A DNA stretch of 64,000 nt from an uncultured candidate division Zixibacteria bacterium (GCA_963713865.1 OY970208.1:896001-960000); one strand, 5' to 3'. Positions 9,826 to 20,065 are shown, counted from the first letter of the stretch. Notes: generated by a model not told the origin, from the sequence alone. Made by a program: numbers and translations.

Positions 9826-11533
9826 TTAAGGAAAGATGGTAGGAAAGCTGATCAAAAAGGTGGTTCCTTTTCCTACCAGGCTTTCCACTTTTATCTCCCC
9901 TCTATGGTTTTTTATGATCTTCTGACAGGTAACCAGTCCCAGACCATGACCTTCTTTTTTGGTGGTGAAATGCGGCTCGAAGATCCGGTTTAAATTCTCC
10001 GGTGGTATTCCTAGTCCGTTGTCTTCTATTTTCACCCAGACCTTTTTCTCCAGCGGTTTATACTCACAGGAAATCAAGATCTCTCCTTTTCCCTCTGGCT
10101 TGATTCTGATGGCTTCGGCCGCATTGTTCAACAGGTTTAAGAAAACCTGCTGAATCTGTCCTCCATCTAACTCTAACAGAGGAAGCTCCGGATCAAAGTA
10201 GTGGTTTAATTTTATTCCTGAGAATTTACTCTGAGGTTTCAAGGAAAAGAGGAGGTCCTCTACTAAATTTTTCAGATCATACTTTTCCACCTGAGTTTCC
10301 AGCCTGGAGAAATCCATCAGTCCATCGGTGAAACGTTTCATAGTGTCAACGCTTTCTAAGATGGCTTTAGAATTAGCCGTGGCTTTATCCAGTTCTCCCT
10401 TCTTCAAATGCAGAGGAAGTAGCTCGGCATTATTCAGGATTATAGTAAGGTAATTATTTAACTCATGTCCGATAGAAGCCGCCATTTCCCCTGTGGCTAC
10501 AAGCTTTTCAGATTGGATCAGCCTTTTTTCTAAAAGGACCTTATCGGTAATATCCTCCACCACTAAAATTAATCCCATAATTCGATTTTCCACGTTATGC
10601 AGGGGACTAACCTTTAAGGACAGGACTAACTCTTCTTTTTCGAACTTATAAAAAGACTTAGCCTCTTCGTAAGGCTGACTGGTATAGAGAACCTGATAAC
10701 AGATCTTCTTCCATTTGTTTCTCTCTTCTGTAGGAATTAAATCTAAAATGGAGACCTGGCTTAAGGACAGATTAATTAACTCCTCTCTCCAGCCGGTCTT
10801 CTTGAAAATTTCTTTAGAGGCCTGGTTAGCTATGGTGATCTGAAGACTGTTATCCACCACGATCAGACCAATCGGGGTACGGCTGACTACGTTTTCGTTA
10901 TAAATTTTCAGAGCTAAAAGATTTTCGTAGAGCTTGGCGTTCTCGATAGCTATGGCTGCCTGTCCAGCAAAAAGCTCAAAGAGATGAAGGTCGCTCTGTA
11001 AAAACACGTTACTTTTGGAGGAGTTATCCAGGTATAAGATCCCGATGACCTTTTCCTTACTTTTAAGGGGGACGCACATAATCGATTTCAGATTGAGCTC
11101 TAAGATGCTTTTCTGTTTGGAGAACCTTTCATCGTTCAGAGCATCGCTGGTATAGGTCGACTCAGCATTTGAGGCCACCTTATTAGCGATGGACATGCTT
11201 ATCCTGAAATCCTCTTTGTTCAAGGATTCCTTGGAGATATTATGGGCGGTCTTGAACTGAAGCTCTCCCGTATCATCTAAAAGCATCAGAAAGCCTCTTT
11301 CCGCTCTTAACAGGGAAACTGCCTTTTTCATCACTGTTTGGAGGATGTCATCCAGCACCAGCGAGGAGTTGATGGCCTGGCTGACCTCCAGGAGCGCTTC
11401 TAAATCATCATTTTTGAATTTCACTGAATTGTTGTTCTGCAAACGGGGGTGTGCAGTTTGAACTTTCTGGAAGAGGCTTTCCATTTCTTCCAGTGCGGTT
11501 CTGGTTTTTTTTGGGAACCCCACTGTTACTCAT
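9826..11533 (-). CDS. GAF-PAS sensor histidine kinase
   Basis: GAF (CVPL..GILYLD), PAS-like region, H-box GHELNN, N-box NLLNNA, G boxes. Likely true start is ATG 11533 after GGAGGAGG, which needs one A fewer in an A8 run; the ORF track starts at GTG 11523. Confidence 0.88.
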
Positions 11534-11702
11534 CTTCCTCCTCCAATCCCTGCTCTAAAATCGGGGTTGTTTACGACACGGAAATTCATTTATTTTTATC
11601 GGCAGAAAATTTTTTTTTATAATCAACCAACAGCGAAAAAATCAGCCTTCCCCGATAGATATGTGATCTCAAAGATACCCCTTTGCTCCAATCGGAGATG
11701 GC

Positions 11703-12011
11703 GTAGAGACGCATCGAATGCGTCTAACAATTCTTGCATCATCACGGATGATGCACTCCATATAATCGGTAAATTCACCTTTGCCCCAAGGTAGGTTTGT
11801 TTTACTTCCCTCTCCCCTTATGGCAGATAAAAGTATTATGGTCTTACAGAGGCATTGCTCCTCGTAGAGGAGAGGAATAGGGAGAAGGAGCCATTTTATC
11901 TTCACCCTCCCCTTTATCCCCTCCCATCAAGGGAGGGGAAATAAATGTGACCGTCGGGTCCCCTGACCCGACGGAAACTATATCAGTAGACCCACCTTGC
12001 CTCAAGGTGGG
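11703..12011. repeat. Cluster of REP-like palindromes
   Basis: GTAG-AGACGCAT..ATGCGTCT (11703), TCCCCTCCC-ATCAA-GGGAGGGGA (11917), CCGTCGGGTC-ccct-GACCCGACGG (11951), GTAGA-CCCACCTTG-cct-CAAGGTGGG (11986). Confidence 0.7.
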
Positions 12012-12012
12012 A

Positions 12013-12675
12013 TTAGGTCTGATTAGAGAAATAGTCTTTCAACGCCTGACGGTGAGACTGGAAAGCGATATTTGAGGGGATATTATTTACAGGGAAAAAT
12101 TTAGTTTCAGAGGCATCGTCTCCGGGCTTAAGTTCTCCTCTTAGGATTTCTGCCAGATACACGATAAGAATTGCCCTGACTCTGGGGTCATCTGAGCCTG
12201 AGTAAACTTTGAACAGTCCTGTTAATTTCACTTCCAGGTTAGTCTCTTCTTTTGTTTCTCGCAGAGCACAGCTTTCAGGTGATTCACCATATTCTATAAA
12301 CCCAGCCGGCAGGCTCCAGTCACCTTTATAGGGATTATATCTTCTTCTGACCAATAGGACCTGACCTTCTTTTTCGATAATCACTCCTGCGGCCGGGGCT
12401 GGATTACGGTATAAGACGAATCTGCATACTGGACAGACTTTTCTCAAGTTGTGGTCTATCATCTTCTTGACTAACTCTGCACTACAACGCGGGCAATATC
12501 TAAAATCATTTTCTTTTCTCAGATATTTAGCATAAAGGAATTCTTCCTGCTCCTCTTCGTTTTTAGAAAATTTACTTTGCCTTTTATAAACTTTCCTACT
12601 TTCCTTTATCCGGGTCACAGGAGAAATAGACCAGCTTTTTCTAAGTTTGGGTTTTTTGATTTTTATTTTGTCCAT
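12013..12675 (-). CDS. NUDIX hydrolase with Zn-ribbon and a basic N-terminal extension
   Basis: CPRC..CPVC Zn ribbon. Nudix box GFIEYGESPESCALRETKEETNL. Confidence 0.88.
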   Translation of the reverse strand: MDKIKIKKPKLRKSWSISPVTRIKESRKVYKRQSKFSKNEEEQEEFLYAKYLRKENDFRYCPRCSAELVKKMIDHNLRKVCPVCRFVLYRNPAPAAGVIIEKEGQVLLVRRRYNPYKGDWSLPAGFIEYGESPESCALRETKEETNLEVKLTGLFKVYSGSDDPRVRAILIVYLAEILRGELKPGDDASETKFFPVNNIPSNIAFQSHRQALKDYFSNQT

Positions 12676-12684
12676 AGCTTATTC

Positions 12685-15348
12685 TTAATCTTTGTAAATC
12701 GGAGTATTAGTTCTCTCAGAAATCTCTTTTAAGGCATTGAAAGCAGATACTTTGACCTCACCAAATGGAAAGATTTCTTCTATATCATTTAACAATGATT
12801 TTAAACTCTCCACTGCTTTTTTATCACCAATCTCCCCTAAGGCATCTGCTGCACTCCCCCTAACCTTACTGTCTTCATCTTTCAATAGTTCAATTAGAGG
12901 CTCAACTGCTTCTTCAGCCTGGATTTCACCTAAGGCATCAGCGGCATGTCTTCTGACAACACTTTTTTTATCTTTAAGCAGTTCAATCAGGGGCTCAACT
13001 GCTTCTTCAGCCTGAGTTTCACCTAAGGCATCTGCTGCACTTCCCCTAACCTCACTGTCTTCATCTTTCAATAGATCAATCAGAGGCGAAACTGCATTCT
13101 CTGACTTTATCTGTCCTAAGGCATCTGCTGCAATCCCCCTAACCTCACTGTCTTCATCTTTCAATAGATCAATCAGAGGCGAAACTGCATTCTCTGACTT
13201 TATCTGTCCTAAGACATCTGCTGCACTCCCTCTAATCTCACTGTCTTCATCTTTCAATAGCTCAATCAGAGGCAATACCGCACTCTCTGCTTTTATCTGC
13301 CCTAAGGCATATGCAGCACACACTATTACATCAATCTCTTTATCCTTCAATAGCTCAATCAGAGGCAATACCGCACTCTCGGCTTTTATCTGCCCTAAGG
13401 CATATGCGGCACGCCCTCTTACATAGCTCTCTTCATCCTTCAATAGCTCTATCAGAGGCAATACCGCACTCTCCGCTTTTATCTGCCCTAAGGCATATGC
13501 GGCACGCCCTCTTACATCACTCTCTTTAGCCTTAGTATTTTCAATGAATTTCTGAATTATCTTCTGATCTTTAATCTCTTTTAATATTCCTAAAGCAGTT
13601 TCCCTGGAGAGGTTAAATTCCTTTGTATTCCAGTAAATATTGTATAGTGCCTTTGTGATTCGGGTTCTCATCTCAGTTGATGCTGATAAACTTTCAGCCA
13701 GACATCTTCCAGCTAAAAAGAGATTAGTATAAAATAGGTCCTCTTTTTCTTCTAAGATTTTATTTAACAGGTTGGTGGTATCTTTCATCCCGCAGTAGAG
13801 CAGGGTAACCTCTAACCAGTATTTATCCCTTTTTTTGGTTAAAAGAAAATTCTCTAAGCTATTATCTGAAATATATCTTGCGGTTAAAAACTCTTGAAAA
13901 GTTAAATGAGTGAAACCGAAATATCCTAATTTAGTTTCGACTAGAATTCCACACCTGTCTTTGATATCATTTAGTAAGTCACCAGCTTTCTCTTTAGGAA
14001 TACCTATTTTTGGTAATTCATTCTCAAGATATTCAATGACTTTTTCTCTTTTTTCTTCCCTGAGACCATTTTTATGCAAATGAAAAGCAATAGGTTGTAA
14101 AATAACTCTTTTCTGAGTTGCCTTAAGTTCTCTGGCGATCCCTTTGGCTGCATCCCAGTGAAAAAGTAGAACATCACAGCATTCATCATAAAGTTCCACT
14201 CTTCTTTCAGGAAGATGTCCTCTATATCGATGTACTAAGGAAATTATGGTTAGCAAAAGAGGATTTACAGTCAAGGCTTCTATTTTTGGATGTTCTTTTA
14301 TGGCTTTGAGCAGGTCATCTGCTTCCTTCTCTGCTTGTTTTAAAGTGAATGCACTATCATCCCCCCTCACCTTGATGTTAACGGTTCTGGTCCAGTATTT
14401 TATAAACTCCTCTATTTGCTCAAGGGCAAAATCGAGGATGTGCAGTTCTAAAAAGTCGTTATAAAGACGAGCAGTCTCATACCCATAGGGCCTGGAAGTG
14501 GCAATAAATATGTTTTTTGGATAAGCTGTTGCAAGTTCATCCACCCATTTCGCAACTTTAAACCTTTGTTCTACATCAGCTACTTCATCCAAGCCATCTA
14601 AGAGAATAAGACAGTTGCCTTCATCTAATTTTTTCTTAAAAAAATCTTCTGGGGGAGAATGTGGAAACTCTATGTAGTTATTATAATTTTCAACAAATTT
14701 TTTTATATCTAAAAATCCTCCTTTTGTTGTATCCCGCAGGTTTATAAAGATTGGTAAGAGATTATTTTCAATTCCAAAAACTTCTTTTACAGATTTTCTG
14801 GCAAATTTCAAAGCTAAGTAGTTAAGCAAAGTAGTTTTCCCGCTTCCAGGAGTTCCAATTACTATTAATCTTTTTTGGGTTAAAGTGAGAAGTTCTTTCA
14901 ATTCGTAGTTTCTTTCCGATAATAATTTTATTATTTCCATTCTTTCTAGAATTTCAAATTCATTCTTTATTTTTTCTCGAGCTTCTATAGTTTCAAGGTT
15001 TTCAGATTCACGAACAAACTCTTCGTTTTCCACTTTTGATATAAATTCCTCAAATGCCCATCGGGATTTAGGTCCCTTCACTCTTAAAAAAACAAAGACC
15101 TTTTCTAATTCAATTGCTACGGGGGCATTTGTTTTTATTCCTCTAACGTTTAAAAATTTAAATCTATTAATTAACCATTCTCTATATTTCTGCTCAAATT
15201 TTTTGGTGGCAAATAGCTTTTTTATATTTTTGCGAGTCCAACCTAAGAATCTTCTGATTGGTTTCAATATGATTTCAGCGATTATAGCGAATATGAATGC
15301 TAAGATTATTGGTATCCACTGTTCTTTAATAAAATTTTCTTTGGTCAT
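12685..15348 (-). CDS. Membrane-anchored NACHT NTPase with C-terminal HEAT repeats (NLR-like)
   Basis: N-terminal TM helix. GTPGSGKTT, LILLDGLDE, TSRP, NPLLL, FTHLTFQEFL. Eight 31-aa HEAT repeats. Confidence 0.9.
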   Translation of the reverse strand: MTKENFIKEQWIPIILAFIFAIIAEIILKPIRRFLGWTRKNIKKLFATKKFEQKYREWLINRFKFLNVRGIKTNAPVAIELEKVFVFLRVKGPKSRWAFEEFISKVENEEFVRESENLETIEAREKIKNEFEILERMEIIKLLSERNYELKELLTLTQKRLIVIGTPGSGKTTLLNYLALKFARKSVKEVFGIENNLLPIFINLRDTTKGGFLDIKKFVENYNNYIEFPHSPPEDFFKKKLDEGNCLILLDGLDEVADVEQRFKVAKWVDELATAYPKNIFIATSRPYGYETARLYNDFLELHILDFALEQIEEFIKYWTRTVNIKVRGDDSAFTLKQAEKEADDLLKAIKEHPKIEALTVNPLLLTIISLVHRYRGHLPERRVELYDECCDVLLFHWDAAKGIARELKATQKRVILQPIAFHLHKNGLREEKREKVIEYLENELPKIGIPKEKAGDLLNDIKDRCGILVETKLGYFGFTHLTFQEFLTARYISDNSLENFLLTKKRDKYWLEVTLLYCGMKDTTNLLNKILEEKEDLFYTNLFLAGRCLAESLSASTEMRTRITKALYNIYWNTKEFNLSRETALGILKEIKDQKIIQKFIENTKAKESDVRGRAAYALGQIKAESAVLPLIELLKDEESYVRGRAAYALGQIKAESAVLPLIELLKDKEIDVIVCAAYALGQIKAESAVLPLIELLKDEDSEIRGSAADVLGQIKSENAVSPLIDLLKDEDSEVRGIAADALGQIKSENAVSPLIDLLKDEDSEVRGSAADALGETQAEEAVEPLIELLKDKKSVVRRHAADALGEIQAEEAVEPLIELLKDEDSKVRGSAADALGEIGDKKAVESLKSLLNDIEEIFPFGEVKVSAFNALKEISERTNTPIYKD
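12781..13524 (-). repeat. Eight 93-bp tandem coding repeats (HEAT array)
   Basis: Period of 93 nt seen directly (CCTAAGG at 13301 and 13394). Units are near-identical at DNA level. Confidence 0.9.
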
Positions 15349-15392
15349 ATTTTAAATATAAAGATACTTTTGAAAAAGTAAAGAAATTTAAG

Positions 15393-15556
15393 CGGGCAGG
15401 GGTGCCTGTCTTATGAAAGCAATTGCGAGAGACCACCCCGGTAAAACGGGTTTCGCTTCGCTCAACAAGGGTCTCCCCTACGTTTTTAAAATCGGTAAAC
15501 TCACCTTGCCCACAAGGTGGGTTTTACTCTGGTTCGGGAAATCCAATTCCCGAACC
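15393..15556. repeat. Cluster of REP-like palindromes
   Basis: GAGACC...GGTCTC-CCCTAC element (15426-15481), CACCTTG-cca-CAAGGTG (about 15502-15519), GGTTCGGGAA..TTCCCGAACC (15531-15556). Confidence 0.7.
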
Positions 15557-15576
15557 AACAATCTAATAAAAAATCC

Positions 15577-17793
15577 TTACAAAATCTTCAATATAACCAT
15601 CGTGAAATCATCATACAACGATACACTCTGGGCGAAGCTTTCCACCTCTTTTATAATTAGCTCTTTTAATTTTTCAGGAGAGAGTTTTCTATTTTCCAAA
15701 AGGAGTTCCAAAAGCCTATCCTCTCCAAACATCTCCTGTTTTTCATTGAAATTCTCAGTCAGCCCATCCGAGTAAAAGAAAGCCAGGTCCTCCGGCTCAA
15801 GGAATATTTCTTCTCTCTTGTAAGTTGCCTCAGGGAATGCTCCCAAGATAAGACCTCCGGTCTGAAGGAATTCTATTCTCTGGTCTTTACGGATTATTAT
15901 AGGATAGTTATGCCCGGCATTGCAATAGTTGAGTTTTCGGGTAAAAGGATTAAACTCACCGTAGAACATGGTGGCAAATCTTCCGGAAGAGACTGAGGAG
16001 GTGATAAGCTGGTTTATACTGGAGATGATCTCTGAGGGCTCTAATCTATCCTTTATCACTGCCCTCAGGGATGCATGTAAAAGAGAGACCATCAATGCGG
16101 CTGGAACCCCTTTACCCGATGCATCTGCTATGGCAATCCCCAGGGAGCCATCTTCTTTTTCCAGGAAATCGTAATAATCACCCCCAACCTGATGAGCTGG
16201 CTGGGTATAAGCTGAAAGCTCAAAAGCCTTCCCTTTTGGAAAAGACTTGGGCAATAGCCCAATCTGGATCTGTCTGGCAACTAAAAGCTCTTCCTCTATT
16301 TTCTGTCTTTGCAGAGACTCCTGATAGAGCCGGGAATTTTTATAGGCAATAACGAACTGGTTGGCTAAGGTTCTTAAAAGGGTCAGGTCCTCATAGCTGA
16401 ATTTGAAACCGGTTATCTTTTTGGTCAGCCCGAAAAATCCGATGAACTCCTCCGGGCTGAAAAGGGGAACGATCAGGAATACGTCTGATTCAGATAAAGT
16501 TTTGAAAAGAGGACTTTCTTTTTCTGGCTCCAGCTCATCCAGGAAAAAGGGCCTGTCCTTATTTCTTAGATTTTCGGCCAGCGGGTCAGCTCCGGTAAAG
16601 GAAATGTTCTTTCCCTCTGAAAACAGGGAAAATCTCTCATTTTTTGAATCGCATAAACAGAGGTAAACTTCCTCCACTAACATCTCCTTTTTTAAAGTAT
16701 CGAAGATGGTCTGCTTAAGCTCATTCAGGTCCAGAATGGAGATAATCTTGCGGCTGAAAGTCTCCATCATTATGCGGTAGTCCGCTTTATCTTTCAAAAA
16801 CAATTTTTTTACCAGCTCATCCATCCACCCCATAATCGGCTGGAAAAGAAGGATAGCTAAGATCAAATAACTTATCTCTAAGATCGGAACTTTGCGTCCT
16901 AAAAGGCTCTGCATAAAATTACTCAACTGGGTTATCAGAAGAAAATAGATTCCTAAGAGAAGAGCAGAGGTCAAGGAATATACCAGGCTCTGTCTTACCA
17001 GGGTCCGGATATCCAAAAAGCGATAGCGGATAATAGCCCAGGCAATAGAACCACCGCCAACTAAAAGAGCAGTAATAGTCAGGGCATACCTTAGAGTGTC
17101 CGGAATTCTTAAATTAACCAAGGCAGGCAATATAAAAGCAAAAGCATAAAGACCGGTAGAGGACCTGATCCCCCAGGTAACCAATTTAGCCTGATTTTTT
17201 AACCTGCTCTGGGCTAATTTCTTCGTTCCCTGATAAAGGAAAAAACCCGCCAGGAAAAGATAGGTTAAGTTTACGATCGAAAAGAACTGCAGATGAAACC
17301 GGTAGAGGACCTCAATGGTTAGAGATAAAAACTTAAGAAGATAGATTAAAGGCTGCAAAAGGAAACTTCCCAATCCGGACCTGTTTTCCAGGGAGGTCAG
17401 ATCGATGATTTTTTTCGGCTCGTATAAAAACAAGACCAGCAGGATATGAAAAATATGGGGGATGAAAATCAAAATCTTCATCCGGAGATGTCTTTTAATA
17501 AAAGGATTTTCTATCGGAAATACTAAAGAGAAAAGCAGGAGCTGGGGAAAGAAAAGCTCCCACAAATAGAAAATATTGGAGTATAAAAGGGAATTGGCCG
17601 GTTGAACTCCGGTTGACCTGAGGATAGTTCCAAACGCAGCAAAGAGCGGGCCTAAACCGGCGAATAAAAGCATCAAGCTGGTTATCCGGTTTAACCTGAC
17701 CCGATAGTCCTCAGAAAGGATAGTAGCCCCTAAAAAGAAAAGGACTATCCCGCAGACAAGGTATACCCCGGCAACTAAATTCAAAAGGCTCAT
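15577..17793 (-). CDS. Membrane sensor PP2C/SpoIIE phosphatase with GAF domain (RsbU-like)
   Basis: Multi-TM N-terminus and GAF. VGGDYYD, ADASGKG, NAGH, YSDG, DDFT motifs. Confidence 0.9.
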   Translation of the reverse strand: MSLLNLVAGVYLVCGIVLFFLGATILSEDYRVRLNRITSLMLLFAGLGPLFAAFGTILRSTGVQPANSLLYSNIFYLWELFFPQLLLFSLVFPIENPFIKRHLRMKILIFIPHIFHILLVLFLYEPKKIIDLTSLENRSGLGSFLLQPLIYLLKFLSLTIEVLYRFHLQFFSIVNLTYLFLAGFFLYQGTKKLAQSRLKNQAKLVTWGIRSSTGLYAFAFILPALVNLRIPDTLRYALTITALLVGGGSIAWAIIRYRFLDIRTLVRQSLVYSLTSALLLGIYFLLITQLSNFMQSLLGRKVPILEISYLILAILLFQPIMGWMDELVKKLFLKDKADYRIMMETFSRKIISILDLNELKQTIFDTLKKEMLVEEVYLCLCDSKNERFSLFSEGKNISFTGADPLAENLRNKDRPFFLDELEPEKESPLFKTLSESDVFLIVPLFSPEEFIGFFGLTKKITGFKFSYEDLTLLRTLANQFVIAYKNSRLYQESLQRQKIEEELLVARQIQIGLLPKSFPKGKAFELSAYTQPAHQVGGDYYDFLEKEDGSLGIAIADASGKGVPAALMVSLLHASLRAVIKDRLEPSEIISSINQLITSSVSSGRFATMFYGEFNPFTRKLNYCNAGHNYPIIIRKDQRIEFLQTGGLILGAFPEATYKREEIFLEPEDLAFFYSDGLTENFNEKQEMFGEDRLLELLLENRKLSPEKLKELIIKEVESFAQSVSLYDDFTMVILKIL

Positions 17794-17795
17794 TT

Positions 17796-18236
17796 TCAGG
17801 TCTTTTTATCTTTTTTCAGATATTTGGTAAGGCGAACCACTGTTCCACCCTCTTTTTTGAAGATAAAATCGACTTTGTCCATAAGAGATCTCAGGATGAA
17901 TATACCCCGGCCCACTTCTTTAAAAAGGTTTTCCTCGGTTATGGGACAGGGCAGAGTATTTAAATCAAACCCCTTCCCCTCATCCTCTACCTCTATGGTG
18001 ATTGAGGATTCATCGGATTCAAGATGGAGAGTCACTTGCTTGGCGGGATCGTTCTTATTCCCGTGCACGATGGCATTATTGACTACCTCGGTGACCGAGA
18101 TGGCGATATCAGCTAACTGGTCTTTATTCAGACCTAATTTTTTTAACCTCTTCTCCACGAAATTGTCAACCTTAGCTAGATAGATCTGGGAGCTGGGGAT
18201 TATTATCAAATTATCTTTGCGGATTATCTTTTGCAT
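17796..18236 (-). CDS. rsbW: Anti-sigma factor Ser kinase (RsbW-like)
   Basis: EVVNNAIVHGN, DEGKGF, GRGIFIL (HATPase_c_2). Confidence 0.85.
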   Translation of the reverse strand: MQKIIRKDNLIIIPSSQIYLAKVDNFVEKRLKKLGLNKDQLADIAISVTEVVNNAIVHGNKNDPAKQVTLHLESDESSITIEVEDEGKGFDLNTLPCPITEENLFKEVGRGIFILRSLMDKVDFIFKKEGGTVVRLTKYLKKDKKT

Positions 18237-18246
18237 ATTTTAAATT

Positions 18247-18275
18247 AAAAAAGGTAGGCTTATCGACCTACCTTT
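18247..18275 (-). terminator. Intrinsic terminator after the STAS gene
   Basis: Minus strand AAAGGTAGG-tcgataag-CCTACCTTTTTT. Confidence 0.7.
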
Positions 18276-18310
18276 AGATTTTTTCAGGGGTTATTAGAAT
18301 AAAAGAGCCT

Positions 18311-18649
18311 TTATTTAAAGCTTTGAACTGCCTGCTCAACAGTATCAAAGGTCTCAAAGACAGTTATGAGTTTGGTTATGGTCAAAAGGCTCTGAATCTT
18401 TTCAGTTACATTTGCCAGTTTGAGCTCTCCGCCATTGTTACGCATAGTGGTTAGACCGGAGATCAAAATACCCAGGCCGGTGCTGTTCATCCAGTCAACT
18501 TTAGCCAGGTCGATTACAACCTTTTTCTTTCCCTGATTTATCAGCTCATGCAATGAATCGTGTAAAATTGTCGCATCCGGACCTCCCATAATCTTTCCCT
18601 TAGGTTCCAGGATCATTATCCCTTTATTCTCGCTGGAAGTCAACTTCAT
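18311..18649 (-). CDS. rsbV: Anti-sigma antagonist (STAS, RsbV-like)
   Basis: VVIDLAKVDWMNSTGLG with the phospho-Ser, 112 aa, GGAGG SD. Confidence 0.88.
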   Translation of the reverse strand: MKLTSSENKGIMILEPKGKIMGGPDATILHDSLHELINQGKKKVVIDLAKVDWMNSTGLGILISGLTTMRNNGGELKLANVTEKIQSLLTITKLITVFETFDTVEQAVQSFK

Positions 18650-18727
18650 TCTTTTCCTCCTAATTTAACTTTTACGCAGTATGAGATATTAAGTTTCAGA
18701 TAGTCTCGAACTTATTTTTTGGAAAAT

Positions 18728-19168
18728 CTATTTAAAGAGCGCCTTGATCTTTCCCCAGGTGGTAAGATTTAGCACTCCCATAGTATTTAAGTTTATATCT
18801 ACTCGCCGGTTGCCAGATGAAGCTTCGAAGAGGGTGGCACCTGAATATTCCTTAACCTTTAAGGTTATATAATCATCCTTTTCCCATCCATCTTTTCCAG
18901 GGGTAGAAGGGTTATCAGCCGGGATAGAAAGGGTATATTCTCCATTCGAAACCACAGTGTCAGCATATTGTTCCCCGCCGATATAAGCCATCACCTTACA
19001 ACCATCCGGGACAGCCTTATCTTTATATTTAACCGTGCCAAAAGGCTGGCAGAGAGAAACACTGGATTGACCGCTAACTTTTATGCTCAAGGTTATACAG
19101 AAAAGGATTATATAACCTATCCCGCTTAATCTAAAAATCCTCATTACCCCTCTCATAAAGTTCTTCAA
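18728..19168 (-). CDS. Small secreted protein with C-terminal TTWGKIKALFK motif
   Basis: Signal-like N-terminus, beta-rich body, terminal TWGxIK motif. Confidence 0.75.
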   Translation of the reverse strand: MKNFMRGVMRIFRLSGIGYIILFCITLSIKVSGQSSVSLCQPFGTVKYKDKAVPDGCKVMAYIGGEQYADTVVSNGEYTLSIPADNPSTPGKDGWEKDDYITLKVKEYSGATLFEASSGNRRVDINLNTMGVLNLTTWGKIKALFK

Positions 19169-19213
19169 CCTTGCTATTATAGAGATATTATACGATTTGT
19201 CAAGGGAAATTAA

Positions 19214-20020
19214 TCACTTTTTTAAAAAAAATCTCTGATAAACCTTCCAGAGTTTGAAGTAATTATTTGCCCCCAAGAAAGTTTTTAAAATACCCAGGAG
19301 TCTATCTTTAAGCTTCTTTTTTAAATAGAGCTTTTTGTCCATATTTACCAAAGAGATAAAATAAGAAAAAGAGTCATCAGCTCTTAATGAGACTCTCTTT
19401 AGCTCAAACGGGGCAGTCTTATTTTCATTCCAGCTGAATTCAGAAGTGCAAATCCCTTTAAAGCCAAGCTCCTTTGTAATTCTTTTTACATTAGCACTAT
19501 GGTACCCTCCAGGTAAACTCAAAAGATTAATCTCTTTTCCGATTATCTCCTCTAACATTTTTTTTGAATCCAGAAGCTCTGATTTCAGTTCATCATCATT
19601 AAGTGTAGATAAAAATTTATGAGTCTTACCATGAGAGCCGAACTCCATCCCTTCCTGGTTCATCTCTAAAATTTGGGATTTTAGCAGATGACCGGATTTT
19701 TCGATAAAATCACTGGTCAGAAAGAAAGTGGCTTTGAAACCAAATTTTTCAAGCAGAGGAAAAGCTACAGTATAATCGGTCTGGTTACCATCATCAAAAG
19801 TTATTATTAAAGTTTTATCCGGAAAAGAGGTTTTTCCCTGCAGATACTCCAATAGCTGGTTTAAATTAAGAGTTTTCCACCCGTTTGAATTTAGATACTC
19901 TAACTGTTTTGAAAACTCCTTTTCTTTTACTGAGAAAACTATCTCTTCAGGACTAACCATTGAGAGGTCATCTTCTTCAGACAAAATCCGGTGATATAGA
20001 AGTATCAATATTTTATCCAA
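19214..20020 (-). CDS. Polysaccharide deacetylase (NodB/IcaB-like)
   Basis: LLYHRI, ITFDDG, GSHGKTH. Confidence 0.88.
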   Translation of the reverse strand: MDKILILLYHRILSEEDDLSMVSPEEIVFSVKEKEFSKQLEYLNSNGWKTLNLNQLLEYLQGKTSFPDKTLIITFDDGNQTDYTVAFPLLEKFGFKATFFLTSDFIEKSGHLLKSQILEMNQEGMEFGSHGKTHKFLSTLNDDELKSELLDSKKMLEEIIGKEINLLSLPGGYHSANVKRITKELGFKGICTSEFSWNENKTAPFELKRVSLRADDSFSYFISLVNMDKKLYLKKKLKDRLLGILKTFLGANNYFKLWKVYQRFFLKK

Positions 20021-20065
20021 ATCTGCACCTTTGTAAAACCTTTAGGTCTATAAAAATTCTCTTTT

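Noticed and set aside
11567-11905. ORFs 11567-11794 and 11669-11905
   Set aside because: They run through REP-like palindromes and have no protein-like features.
12781-13524. Tandem repeats as a CRISPR array or DGR template
   Set aside because: They are in-frame 93-bp coding units with no unique spacers, and no cas or reverse transcriptase gene is present.
15413-15775. 120-aa plus-strand ORF
   Set aside because: Made of REP DNA plus the antisense of the PP2C gene.
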